Part shown: piece by piece, positions 55,934-64,000 of the stretch | Layout: the number at the start of each line of letters is the position of its first letter | Numbering within the stretch: the stretch's first letter is position 1 | Assembly: GCA_942492865.1 (NCBI GenBank) | Contig: OW818650.1 | Coordinates: 87,892-151,891 of the forward strand | Reading direction: 5' to 3' | Length of the DNA stretch: 64,000 nucleotides | From: an uncultured Bacteroidales bacterium | GTDB taxonomy: Bacteria > Bacteroidota > Bacteroidia > Bacteroidales > VadinHA17 | Program-made: the position numbers and the translations under genes | The notes under the pieces: generated by a model | The model's database searches: none | What the model was told of the DNA's origin: nothing | The model's input: the letters and a program-made list of their open reading frames with translations, nothing else

Positions 55934-56815
55934 ATGAAAGCTTATGTTTTTCCAGGGCAGGGAGCACAATTCGTGGGAATGGGAAAAGATTTCTATGAAA
56001 AATCCCGTCTTGCTAACGAGATGTTTGAAAGAGCAAATGAAATTTTAGGTTTCAGGATAACAGACATTATGTTTGCAGGCGACGATGAATTGCTTAAGCA
56101 GACAAAAGTTACACAGCCGGCCATTTTTCTTCATTCTGCCATTCTATCTGCTTTGCTTGGTAATTCATTCCAGCCAGGTATGGTAGCAGGTCATTCACTG
56201 GGAGAATTTTCAGCACTGGTGGCAAGCGGGGCGCTTTCATTTGAGAACGGACTTACACTTGTTTCAAAGAGAGCTCTGGCAATGCAGAAAGCCTGTGAGA
56301 AGAGTGTTTCAACTATGGCTGCAATACTTGGTATTGACGACAAAATTGTAGAAGATGTCTGTTCAGCAATTGACGAGCCCGTTGTTCCGGCTAATTATAA
56401 CAGCCCTGGTCAGATAGTTATCTCAGGTTCAGTTGCCGGTATAGACAAGGCAATAGAGGAACTGAAAAACAAAGGTGCAAAGAGAGCTATAAAGCTGGCA
56501 GTCGGCGGGGCATTTCATTCACCGTTAATGGAACCTGCAAGAAAAGAGCTTGAAGAAGCAATTAAATCCACTCCGTTCAGTAAGCCTGTTTGTCCGATAT
56601 ATCAGAATGTCAACGCAAAAAGTTCGACAGACCCCGAAACAATAAAGGCAAACCTCGTATTGCAGCTTACATCACCGGTGTTATGGACACAAAGCGTTGT
56701 TAATATGATCGCTGACGGGGCAACCTCATTTACTGAAGTAGGACCCGGCTGTGTATTACAGGCGCTGATACGCAAGGTAAATAAAGATGTAGCGACTGAA
56801 TCAGCACATTTTTAA
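55934..56815 (+). CDS. fabD: Malonyl-CoA:ACP transacylase
   Basis: 'FPGQGAQFVGMG', 'GHSLGEFSALV', 'GAFHSPLM'. Confidence 0.9.
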   Translation: MKAYVFPGQGAQFVGMGKDFYEKSRLANEMFERANEILGFRITDIMFAGDDELLKQTKVTQPAIFLHSAILSALLGNSFQPGMVAGHSLGEFSALVASGALSFENGLTLVSKRALAMQKACEKSVSTMAAILGIDDKIVEDVCSAIDEPVVPANYNSPGQIVISGSVAGIDKAIEELKNKGAKRAIKLAVGGAFHSPLMEPARKELEEAIKSTPFSKPVCPIYQNVNAKSSTDPETIKANLVLQLTSPVLWTQSVVNMIADGATSFTEVGPGCVLQALIRKVNKDVATESAHF

Positions 56816-56836
56816 AACGCCGGCAGTTTCCACATC

Positions 56837-59818
56837 TTAAGCAGTTTTACCCGGTTTCATGATGACTCCCCTGTGCCTTTTCCCGTCGATAAGGATCTCA
56901 AGGGGCGAGTCAAATCTTACGTGCCTTATAAATCTGTCTTCATGAACGACCTCGGCCTTATTTAGAAAGTCGACATCATAATAACCCTCGTTGATAAAAG
57001 GATTTATGGTAAAATATCCCACTCTGAAGGATGTCATGTTCTGGAAAAAGTGCGTGCCCTGGCTCGGATCAATTCTGAAATTCTGCAAACCCGATTCGAT
57101 AATGATCCTTGCAGCTGAGATCTGCGGCCATTTGACAGGGATCCCAAGCCATGGATCCGTTGAGCCCCAGCGGCCGGGCCCGATCAGCACATAGCCTGCT
57201 CCCTGTTTGACAAATGAAATATTTATGTTTTCAATAATAGTTGCTATGCTTTTACTGAAAGCCGCATTAAAAGCATCAGGTTTTACATATACCAGATCGT
57301 TGACACCCTTAAAATTTCCATTTCCGAGTGCAGATTCCGAGTAAACAATTGCATCCTCGAGCCTGATCTCACCGATATTTATACTGTGCGACTCATCTGA
57401 ATTGACGATCGGCCTTATCTGCAGAAAATTAAAGATCTTGGGCTTCCCGGCCGGTGTTTCAAGATTAACAGCAAATTCAATCTCAACCGGATGGTTCATC
57501 TCCTTCTGACAGATGTCAAGCAGAGTATTCAGAATATCAGCCAGCGGAAATAATTTATACTGAAGTATATTGGCAAAGGAGATTATGCGTTTACCCGGAT
57601 AATTGATGCCGTCCCTGAGTATGTTGTTGGTACGGTCGAATGTCGATGCAAGGTATTTCAGTCCTGCATCATTATTTATATCGTTGATATCGATCTTTGG
57701 TATATTTATCCCATCGTCGACTGAGGGTATAAAGCTGTCGATATTAAGATCAAGAGCCCGTATATATTTCTGAGTGTCCCTCAGGGCTGCATCGGGAGAG
57801 GACAACTGCAGTATTTTTTTCGGATGCCTGGGACAGAACCTGAGTGACATTCCTCCTTCAACGATCAGTTTACCGAGCCCCATTGCAACATTAACTATTC
57901 CGTCCTCTGCTTTTTCTGATCCTATGGGATAGTAATTTATCGATCTTGCTACACCTGAAAAAGTGGGATAGAAATAATTATCGTGCTTTGCCCCGCATAC
58001 CTCCTGTATGATGATCCCCATTTTCTCCTCATCAATCACATTAGCTGTAGCAGCCATGTAAGCCTTGCTGGCTTTATAGAATACTGATGCATACACTTCT
58101 TTGATAGCCTCTGAAAGCTTTTTCACCATCTCCTTGTTATCGTCAAGACGGGGGATCATGTAAGTCGAATATATTCCTGCAAAAGGCTGATAATGTGAAT
58201 CTTCAAGCTTACTAGACGATCGCACTGCGATGGGGTAGATTTTTGAGACACCTAAAAATGCATAGAAATCCTGATAAACCCGTCCCGGAAGCTCAGCGCT
58301 AATGAATCTTCTGAGTATCTCTTCATCGGGATAATCGGCCATAGCAACCGGATAAAGATTATTATGGTCCATGAACTCATCAAAAACATCGGTGCTTAAA
58401 ACAACGGTACGGGGAATAGTGATAAGGACCTCGGGGAATTTATAGTACAGCCTGTTCTGCTTAATTATCCGGTTTATAAATGCAAGCCCTCTGGCCTTTC
58501 CTCCTATTGATCCGTCGCCTATTCGTGAAAATGTCTGATACTCATCAAAGCTGTTCTTGTCGAATTTCGCTATTACTCCCCTTCCCTTTCCAAGCCTGAA
58601 TGTAGAAATCGCTTCATAAAGGAAATGCCTCAGCTCACTTATTGTTGCAAAATCTTCCTTGTTGGTGTATTTGAACATGTGGGCAACAGGAAAGAGGGCC
58701 CTGGCATTCAGCCATTTTGAGAAATGATTTCTTGTTGCATGATATTCAAGAGTGTTATCAGGAACCGTAAGCAACTTTTGTTGAAGGCTTTGAAGATCTG
58801 TTGCTATGGCAATTGGCTCAAGCGTATCCGGATTTCTGAATACAAAAGGACCGAAGGAAAAGTTCTGAATAATAAAGTTACGGAGTTCGAGAGACAGCGA
58901 CTTGGAATACTTATGAATAAAACCGGCTCCCAATTGCTCAGCATCCTTTTTATGGCTCATATTTGATGATTGAAGAAGGAAGGGCACCTTATCATCGTCG
59001 GCCATTATCACCTTACATAATTCAATTCCGGCATATTCGTCTGTTACTCCATCACGTTTATAGCTGATGTCAGAGATAATTCCAAGAACATTGAATTTAT
59101 ATTTTTTATAAAGAGTTTGTGCTGTGTTAAAGTTATCGGCAAGCAGAATCTTTGGACGGCCTCTCATTTTAAGCATCCTCTGATGCTCATTAAGAGCCTC
59201 GCGCTGAAAATCAAGCGATTGAAGCAGTACTATCTTGTAAATATTGGGCAGATAGGAAGAAATATATCTTATTGAGTTTTCAACAAGAATGATAGTCTGA
59301 ACGCCAACATTTTCAATATCATGTTCGGCATTCATTTTATCTTCAATAAGCTTTATTATTGCCAGAATAAGTGAAGCATCACCCAACCATGAAAAAACAT
59401 AATCGATAGCGCTGAGGTCCTCTCCGTCGAGCTTCATGGAGACTTCCCTGGTAAAATAGGTCAGAACAACAATCGGAATTCTTTCATGTCTTGATTTAAT
59501 TCTTCTTGCAAGTGCAAAAACATCAGTTCCCTTCAGGCTTAACATTGTTATAACAAGGTCAATATTACCATCCTCGAGAATTTTGAAGGCCTTTTCTTCC
59601 GTATCCGTCTGTATAAATGAGGGGGGGTACCTCAGGTTAAGTGATGAGTATTCATTAAATATCTGTTCATCGATCCGGCCATCTTCTTCAAGCATGTAAA
59701 AATCATAGTTGCTGCAAATAATAAGGACCCGGTGGATCCTCTTCTGCATAAGCAAATCAAAAGATGTATCAGTAAAATTGTATTTCTGAAGGTCAAAGAT
59801 GCTGTCAAGTATCGCCAT
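56837..59818 (-). CDS. Large uncharacterised protein: two receiver-like N-terminal domains plus a PEP/pyruvate-binding (PPDK_N, ATP-grasp) domain and a conserved C-terminal region
   Basis: 993 aa. 'RVLIICSNYDF...DLVITMLSL...IPIVVLT' is a receiver-like fold with Met at the expected phospho-Asp position. 'GGKARGLAFIN' is the PPDK_N glycine motif. No 'GG.TSHAA' swivel-His motif was found. Confidence 0.55.
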   Translation of the reverse strand: MAILDSIFDLQKYNFTDTSFDLLMQKRIHRVLIICSNYDFYMLEEDGRIDEQIFNEYSSLNLRYPPSFIQTDTEEKAFKILEDGNIDLVITMLSLKGTDVFALARRIKSRHERIPIVVLTYFTREVSMKLDGEDLSAIDYVFSWLGDASLILAIIKLIEDKMNAEHDIENVGVQTIILVENSIRYISSYLPNIYKIVLLQSLDFQREALNEHQRMLKMRGRPKILLADNFNTAQTLYKKYKFNVLGIISDISYKRDGVTDEYAGIELCKVIMADDDKVPFLLQSSNMSHKKDAEQLGAGFIHKYSKSLSLELRNFIIQNFSFGPFVFRNPDTLEPIAIATDLQSLQQKLLTVPDNTLEYHATRNHFSKWLNARALFPVAHMFKYTNKEDFATISELRHFLYEAISTFRLGKGRGVIAKFDKNSFDEYQTFSRIGDGSIGGKARGLAFINRIIKQNRLYYKFPEVLITIPRTVVLSTDVFDEFMDHNNLYPVAMADYPDEEILRRFISAELPGRVYQDFYAFLGVSKIYPIAVRSSSKLEDSHYQPFAGIYSTYMIPRLDDNKEMVKKLSEAIKEVYASVFYKASKAYMAATANVIDEEKMGIIIQEVCGAKHDNYFYPTFSGVARSINYYPIGSEKAEDGIVNVAMGLGKLIVEGGMSLRFCPRHPKKILQLSSPDAALRDTQKYIRALDLNIDSFIPSVDDGINIPKIDINDINNDAGLKYLASTFDRTNNILRDGINYPGKRIISFANILQYKLFPLADILNTLLDICQKEMNHPVEIEFAVNLETPAGKPKIFNFLQIRPIVNSDESHSINIGEIRLEDAIVYSESALGNGNFKGVNDLVYVKPDAFNAAFSKSIATIIENINISFVKQGAGYVLIGPGRWGSTDPWLGIPVKWPQISAARIIIESGLQNFRIDPSQGTHFFQNMTSFRVGYFTINPFINEGYYDVDFLNKAEVVHEDRFIRHVRFDSPLEILIDGKRHRGVIMKPGKTA

Positions 59819-60008
59819 TGATTATGAATTAAATAAGAGGGATTAAAATTACTAAAAAATTAATTGCTCCTGATCAAGGGCTGTCAGTTTGATTTACCGG
59901 TCTCATCCCAACTCCCGAATGAGATAATCTTTAGTCACTACTCCTCTGAAAAGTTCGAAAGGAGGGGAGACTATCCAGTAGAAGACAACTAAAGAGGTTG
60001 TTTAAGAT

Positions 60009-61040
60009 TTATACTTCCCAGGTATTCCCGCTATTAAGCAGGTCGTCCATGCATTTAATCCTGGAATTTTCCTTTACAAAACCTATCTGTTCTTCCACAG
60101 CAGCTTCATAAGTCTTATCCGGTACAGATCTGATAATTCCAAGGGCAAGGGGATAATCGGGATATCTCATGTGCGCCAGCATTATATGAATGCCGGGGTT
60201 TGCTTCCTCTGCATCGTGTAGGAGGATGTCATTTTCTGTAATGCCATTCTCACCGATTTTCACTACGTTCAGTTTCAGTCCGTCAAGTACAAGGCCCATA
60301 TTTTTTTCTTTACCGAAGATCATACGCTCACCATGCTGCAGTGTGATAGTCCTGTCTTCTCTTACTTCTTTGGCAAATATGAGATCATGTATTCCACTGT
60401 TAAAAATTGCACAGTTCTGTAATACCTCAATAACCGAAGTCCCTTTATGGCGGGCAGCATCAATATATATCCTGGTTGATAATGGGACATTAGTATCGAT
60501 GGTGCGGGCGAAAAATTTTCCTTTTGCGCCTATAACAAGTTCTCCCACTGAAAACGGATCCTCCACTGAACCGAAAGGTGAGCTTTTTGTAATAATCCCC
60601 CTGGGAGAGGTGGGAGAATACTGACCTTTGGTAAGGCCGTAAATCTCATTATTGAAAAGAATAAGGTTAATATCAATATTCCTTCTGATAACATGTATGA
60701 AATGATTACCCCCGATCGCCAGTGAATCGCCGTCTCCTGTAATCTGCCATACAGACAGGCCAGGATTGGCAACCTTTACTCCCGATGCTATTGCAGCAGC
60801 GCGTCCATGAATGCCGTGGAAGCCATAGGTATCCATATAATATGGAAACCTCGATGAACATCCTATCCCCGAGATGAATGCAAATTTTTCTTTGGGAATA
60901 CCCAGTTCGGAAACAGCTTTCTGTACGGAGTTCAGGACCGAATGATCGCCGCATCCAGGGCACCATCTGACTTCCTGATCGCTTTTAAACTCCTTTGGGC
61001 TATATTGTGTTTTAACTTCTTCCATATTACTTCTCCTCAA
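60009..61040 (-). CDS. korB: 2-oxoacid:ferredoxin oxidoreductase beta subunit (KorB-type)
   Basis: 'RWCPGCGDH', TPP motif 'ITGDGDSLAIGGNH...LFNNEIYGLTKGQ'. Confidence 0.8.
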   Translation of the reverse strand: MRRSNMEEVKTQYSPKEFKSDQEVRWCPGCGDHSVLNSVQKAVSELGIPKEKFAFISGIGCSSRFPYYMDTYGFHGIHGRAAAIASGVKVANPGLSVWQITGDGDSLAIGGNHFIHVIRRNIDINLILFNNEIYGLTKGQYSPTSPRGIITKSSPFGSVEDPFSVGELVIGAKGKFFARTIDTNVPLSTRIYIDAARHKGTSVIEVLQNCAIFNSGIHDLIFAKEVREDRTITLQHGERMIFGKEKNMGLVLDGLKLNVVKIGENGITENDILLHDAEEANPGIHIMLAHMRYPDYPLALGIIRSVPDKTYEAAVEEQIGFVKENSRIKCMDDLLNSGNTWEV

Positions 61041-62871
61041 GCATTTTGAAGCATTTTTCCTTTATCTCTTCAATAATAAAAGGTACTCCCTGAACCTTAT
61101 TAAGTTGATCGTAGTTAAACTCCTGGTGTTTCATTCTCAGATAAGATGCAAACTGACCCATATTCAACTCTACCACAAGTATCTTTTTAAATTTACTGAA
61201 GACCTCTTTTACATTCGGTGGCAGAGGATTAATATAGTTAAAGTTAACCATACTTATGTGGTATCCTTCATTCTGCATTTCTTTTACTGCCGTGAGAAGG
61301 TAGCCAAATGTTCCGCCCCATCCTGCAATCAGGATATCGCCTGTTGATTCGCCATATACTTTAATATCAGGGATCCAATTAGCCACGCGGGCAACTTTTT
61401 CAGCTCTCAGATTAACCATAAGCTGATGATTTTCAGGAACGTAAGAAACAGTGCCTCGTTCCGTTTTTTCAAGCCCACCTATCCTGTGCTCCATTCCTTT
61501 TATACCTGCAACTGCCCATTCTCTTGCTAATGTCTCAGGTCTGCGTACATAAGGCAGATATGGTTTATCGGTCTTCTTAGCAAAAGGGGGCTTTATATCA
61601 GGCAGATCCTTCATTGCCGGAATTCTCCATGGTTCGGAACCGTTTGCAAGATAACTGTCGGAGAGCAATATTACCGGGGTCATGTGTTCGAGTGCTATGC
61701 GAGCCGATTCGTAGGCATAATGGAAACAATCGGATGGAGTGCTTGCGGCTATGACCACAACAGGACTCTCGCCATTACGGCCATAGAGCGCCTGCATAAG
61801 GTCAGACTGCTCTGTTTTCGTAGGAAGGCCGGTAGAGGGGCCTCCTCTCTGAACATCAACAATTACTACAGGCAGCTCTGTCATTACAGCAAGGCCGATT
61901 GCCTCTGATTTAAGTGCAAGGCCCGGGCCCGATGTTGAGGTAACCGCAAGGCTTCCTGCAAAACTTGCACCCAGTGCGGTACAGATCCCTGCTATCTCAT
62001 CTTCGGCCTGGAAACATTTTACTCCCATATCTTTCCTTGCTGCCAGTTCTTCAAGTATTCCGGTAGCAGGGGTTATGGGATATGATCCGATAAAAAGCGG
62101 AAGTCCTGCCTTTTCGGCTGCAGCAATAAAACCCCAGGCAATGGCAATGTTACCGTTTATGTTGCGGTAAGTTCCTTTGGGTATATTTGCGGGGCTTATA
62201 TGGTAAACCGGATTGAGAGCTTCAATGGTCTCTGCATAATAGAAACCTGACCGCAGCACCAATTTATTTGCTTCGGCCATTCCGGGGTCTTTTTTAAACT
62301 TCTTTTCAAAAAACTCTTCAGTATACTTAAGATCCCTGTTGAAAAGCCAGTAAACCATTCCCAGGGCAAACATGTTTTTAGTCTTTAAAACCGACTTCTG
62401 ATCAAGTCCGAGGTCTTTAAGCGCCGCTTTCACCATAGATGTTATGGGTGCAGGTATCACATTATGATGATCTAATTTTTCCTCAGCAATAGGGTCCGTG
62501 ACATAGCCGGCCTTTTCAAGGTTTTTACCTGTAAAATTATCTTTATCATAGATGATGGTTCCTCCCTGCTTTACCCATCTGGCATTAGCCTTTATGGCAG
62601 CCGGGTTCATTGCAACAAGTACATCAGCATAGTCTCCAGGTGTATTAATCTCTGAATGTCCAAGGTGAACCTGGAACCCTGAAACACCACCTACGGTACC
62701 CGAGGGCGCCCGTATTTCAGCCGGATAATCGGGAAATGTGGATATATCGTTCCCGAAAAGTGCAGCGGTATCGGAGAACAGCATGCCTGAAAGCTGCATA
62801 CCATCGCCAGAATCGCCGGAGAACCGGATAACGACCTCTTCTCTTTCAATGATCTGTGATCTGGTACCCAT
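61027..62871 (-). CDS. korA: 2-oxoacid:ferredoxin oxidoreductase alpha subunit (KorA-type, fused gamma-alpha)
   Basis: 614 aa. 'RFSGDSGDGMQLSG', 'GSYPITPAT', 'CFQAEDEIAGI'. 14-nt overlap with korB. Confidence 0.8.
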   Translation of the reverse strand: MGTRSQIIEREEVVIRFSGDSGDGMQLSGMLFSDTAALFGNDISTFPDYPAEIRAPSGTVGGVSGFQVHLGHSEINTPGDYADVLVAMNPAAIKANARWVKQGGTIIYDKDNFTGKNLEKAGYVTDPIAEEKLDHHNVIPAPITSMVKAALKDLGLDQKSVLKTKNMFALGMVYWLFNRDLKYTEEFFEKKFKKDPGMAEANKLVLRSGFYYAETIEALNPVYHISPANIPKGTYRNINGNIAIAWGFIAAAEKAGLPLFIGSYPITPATGILEELAARKDMGVKCFQAEDEIAGICTALGASFAGSLAVTSTSGPGLALKSEAIGLAVMTELPVVIVDVQRGGPSTGLPTKTEQSDLMQALYGRNGESPVVVIAASTPSDCFHYAYESARIALEHMTPVILLSDSYLANGSEPWRIPAMKDLPDIKPPFAKKTDKPYLPYVRRPETLAREWAVAGIKGMEHRIGGLEKTERGTVSYVPENHQLMVNLRAEKVARVANWIPDIKVYGESTGDILIAGWGGTFGYLLTAVKEMQNEGYHISMVNFNYINPLPPNVKEVFSKFKKILVVELNMGQFASYLRMKHQEFNYDQLNKVQGVPFIIEEIKEKCFKMLEEK

Positions 62872-63114
62872 GTCTATCGTTGTATTTTAAATTGAAGACT
62901 GGAAAATTGTAACTTCTGAGTATTAAATGCAAAATGATACCTTTTTGTTTTATTATCACTTTACGAATTGAATTGATTTTTATGCCTGAACACAAATTTA
63001 ATTTAAAATCATATCATTAGACACACTGTGCGATGATATTAAGCATGTTTTCAGAATGTCCGGGAGAAATAACGGTGCAATTGGGGCATGATAATACCTT
63101 TGATATTGCTGAAT

Positions 63115-63918
63115 TCAGCACCAGATGTCGGCCTTCTTCAGGTTTATTTCTCCTTCGAAGAACATGCCGGCGATTTTTTCAAAATATGTGGTGTAATCTG
63201 AAATAAAAAACCTGTCATTCGACTCCCCTGAAGAATCGTTAAGTAGGTCCTTCTTCTCGAGTGTTTCCCTCAGTATCATGGCAACTATCTTTGCTGAATC
63301 GATAACTTCAACATTAAAATTGAAGATCTTTCTAATCTGATTTCTTATAATCGGGTAATGGGTGCATCCCAGAACCAGAGCCTGTATCCCGGCAAGATCA
63401 GCATTAGTGAGGTATGCCCTGAGGATTGCATTGCTGATATCATCGTATATAAATCCCTCTTCGATCATAGGAACAAGCAGCGGAGTAGCCAGTGAGACAA
63501 CTGATGTGAAGGGATTTTTCTCTTTTAGTTTCCTGTCGTAAGTACCCGAGCTTATAGTTCTTTTGGTTCCTATTATCCCTATTTTTTCAAAATTTCTTAA
63601 GCTTAAGTAATCCACCACCGGATCTATAACATCGAGGATCAATGTTTTTTCTCCAAACTCATCCTTCAATGACTCAAAAGCTGAGGCAGAGGCTGAGTTG
63701 CAGGCAATCAGGATGACTTTTGAATCGAGTTCGAGCAGAAACTCGGTTATGCGGCGGGAATATGATCTGATAGCCTCGGCCGATTTATCACCATAAGGAA
63801 GGTGGGCCGTGTCGCCAAAATAGATTATGTCCTCATGCGGCAACAATTGCTTGATTGCATGTGCCACAGTCAGTCCGCCCACTCCTGAGTCGAAGATCCC
63901 TATTGGCTTCTCTTTCAA
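63115..63918 (-). CDS. murI: Glutamate racemase
   Basis: 'GIFDSGVGGLTV', 'IACNSASA', 'VLGCTHYP'. Confidence 0.9.
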   Translation of the reverse strand: MKEKPIGIFDSGVGGLTVAHAIKQLLPHEDIIYFGDTAHLPYGDKSAEAIRSYSRRITEFLLELDSKVILIACNSASASAFESLKDEFGEKTLILDVIDPVVDYLSLRNFEKIGIIGTKRTISSGTYDRKLKEKNPFTSVVSLATPLLVPMIEEGFIYDDISNAILRAYLTNADLAGIQALVLGCTHYPIIRNQIRKIFNFNVEVIDSAKIVAMILRETLEKKDLLNDSSGESNDRFFISDYTTYFEKIAGMFFEGEINLKKADIWC

Positions 63919-63933
63919 TTTTACAAGTATTAA

Positions 63934-63968
63934 AGAAAAAAAGGCTGTCCTTAAATCCGGACAACCTT
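63934..63968 (-). terminator. Rho-independent terminator for a minus-strand gene lying beyond the right window edge
   Basis: AAGGCTGTCC / GGACAACCTT stem (one G-U on the minus-strand RNA), followed on the minus strand by TTTTTTTCTTT. Confidence 0.55.
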
Positions 63969-64000
63969 TCTTATAATATCAGGTTAAACTATTTTTTAAC

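Noticed and set aside
59819-60008. A possible small ncRNA in the korB / 993-aa gene intergenic region (several short hairpins such as TCTCAT...ATGAGA and CTCCT...AGGAG)
   Set aside because: The stems are only 5-6 bp, no terminator-like T-run follows them on the transcribed strand, and I recognise no conserved motif. The evidence is insufficient.
1-64000. A whole-window scan for mobile elements, prophage remnants, toxin-antitoxin pairs or known defence systems
   Set aside because: No transposase, integrase, phage structural, restriction-modification, Cas, or typical defence-domain ORFs were recognised. The NYN protein has LOTUS/housekeeping-like context rather than defence-island context.

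Overview
The window is a gene-dense chromosomal segment (about 61 protein-coding genes, roughly 42% GC by eye). It most likely comes from an anaerobic member of the Bacteroidota. The basis for that guess is the T9SS-linked genes (PorP/SprF, a type-B C-terminal sorting domain, a DUF5103-like protein), TAnnTTTG-type -7 boxes, the Na+-NQR operon, ferredoxin-dependent 2-oxoacid oxidoreductase and futalosine-pathway genes. I found no rRNA, tRNA, CRISPR array, transposase, integrase or recognisable defence system.

Main modules:
- **1-7.7 kb:** an RNA-metabolism / cold-shock style neighbourhood with a DEAD-box helicase tail, a bTHX-like ribosomal protein carrying a long basic tail, a NYN+LOTUS protein, an RRM protein and a Csp.
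- **7.7-27.2 kb:** a sugar / sugar-phosphate locus. A GntR regulator is followed on the minus strand by a Tat-signal GH29 fucosidase and a Tat-signal Gfo/Idh/MocA oxidoreductase. It is divergent from a 9-gene, translationally coupled operon that opens with a lipoyl-E2 and a fused E1 alpha-beta TPP dehydrogenase. That operon continues with two HAD phosphatases, a PHP-like protein, two class II aldolase-fold proteins and three dehydrogenases. A PfkB kinase, a polyol dehydrogenase, a ribokinase and a transporter follow.
- **27.2-27.5 kb:** a repeat-packed convergent intergenic region.
- **27.5-35.5 kb:** DUF1080, apbE and nqrFEDCBA.
- **37-45.9 kb:** an aldehyde:ferredoxin oxidoreductase (AOR family) heading an operon with a WtpABC-like oxyanion ABC transporter and moeA-moaA-moaC-mog/moaB. 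It is divergent from a short ThiF/MoeB-like E1 plus a GG-terminated ThiS/MoaD-like carrier.
- **46-51.4 kb:** an ECF sigma factor, a membrane-anchored PKD protein with a T9SS type-B CTD, PorP/SprF, Skp and a GT2-like protein.
- **51.5-64 kb:** housekeeping genes (proline dehydrogenase, nitroreductase, mqnD/mqnB, PTPS/folE, fabD, a 993-aa receiver-like/PEP-binding protein, korAB, murI).

The candidates I rate highest for unexplored biology are, in order:
1. The E2/E1-led sugar-phosphate operon.
2. The sigma/anchored-T9SS-cargo/PorP trio.
3. The self-contained tungsten-enzyme module.

All functional calls rest on motif and sequence recognition by eye. No database search was run.
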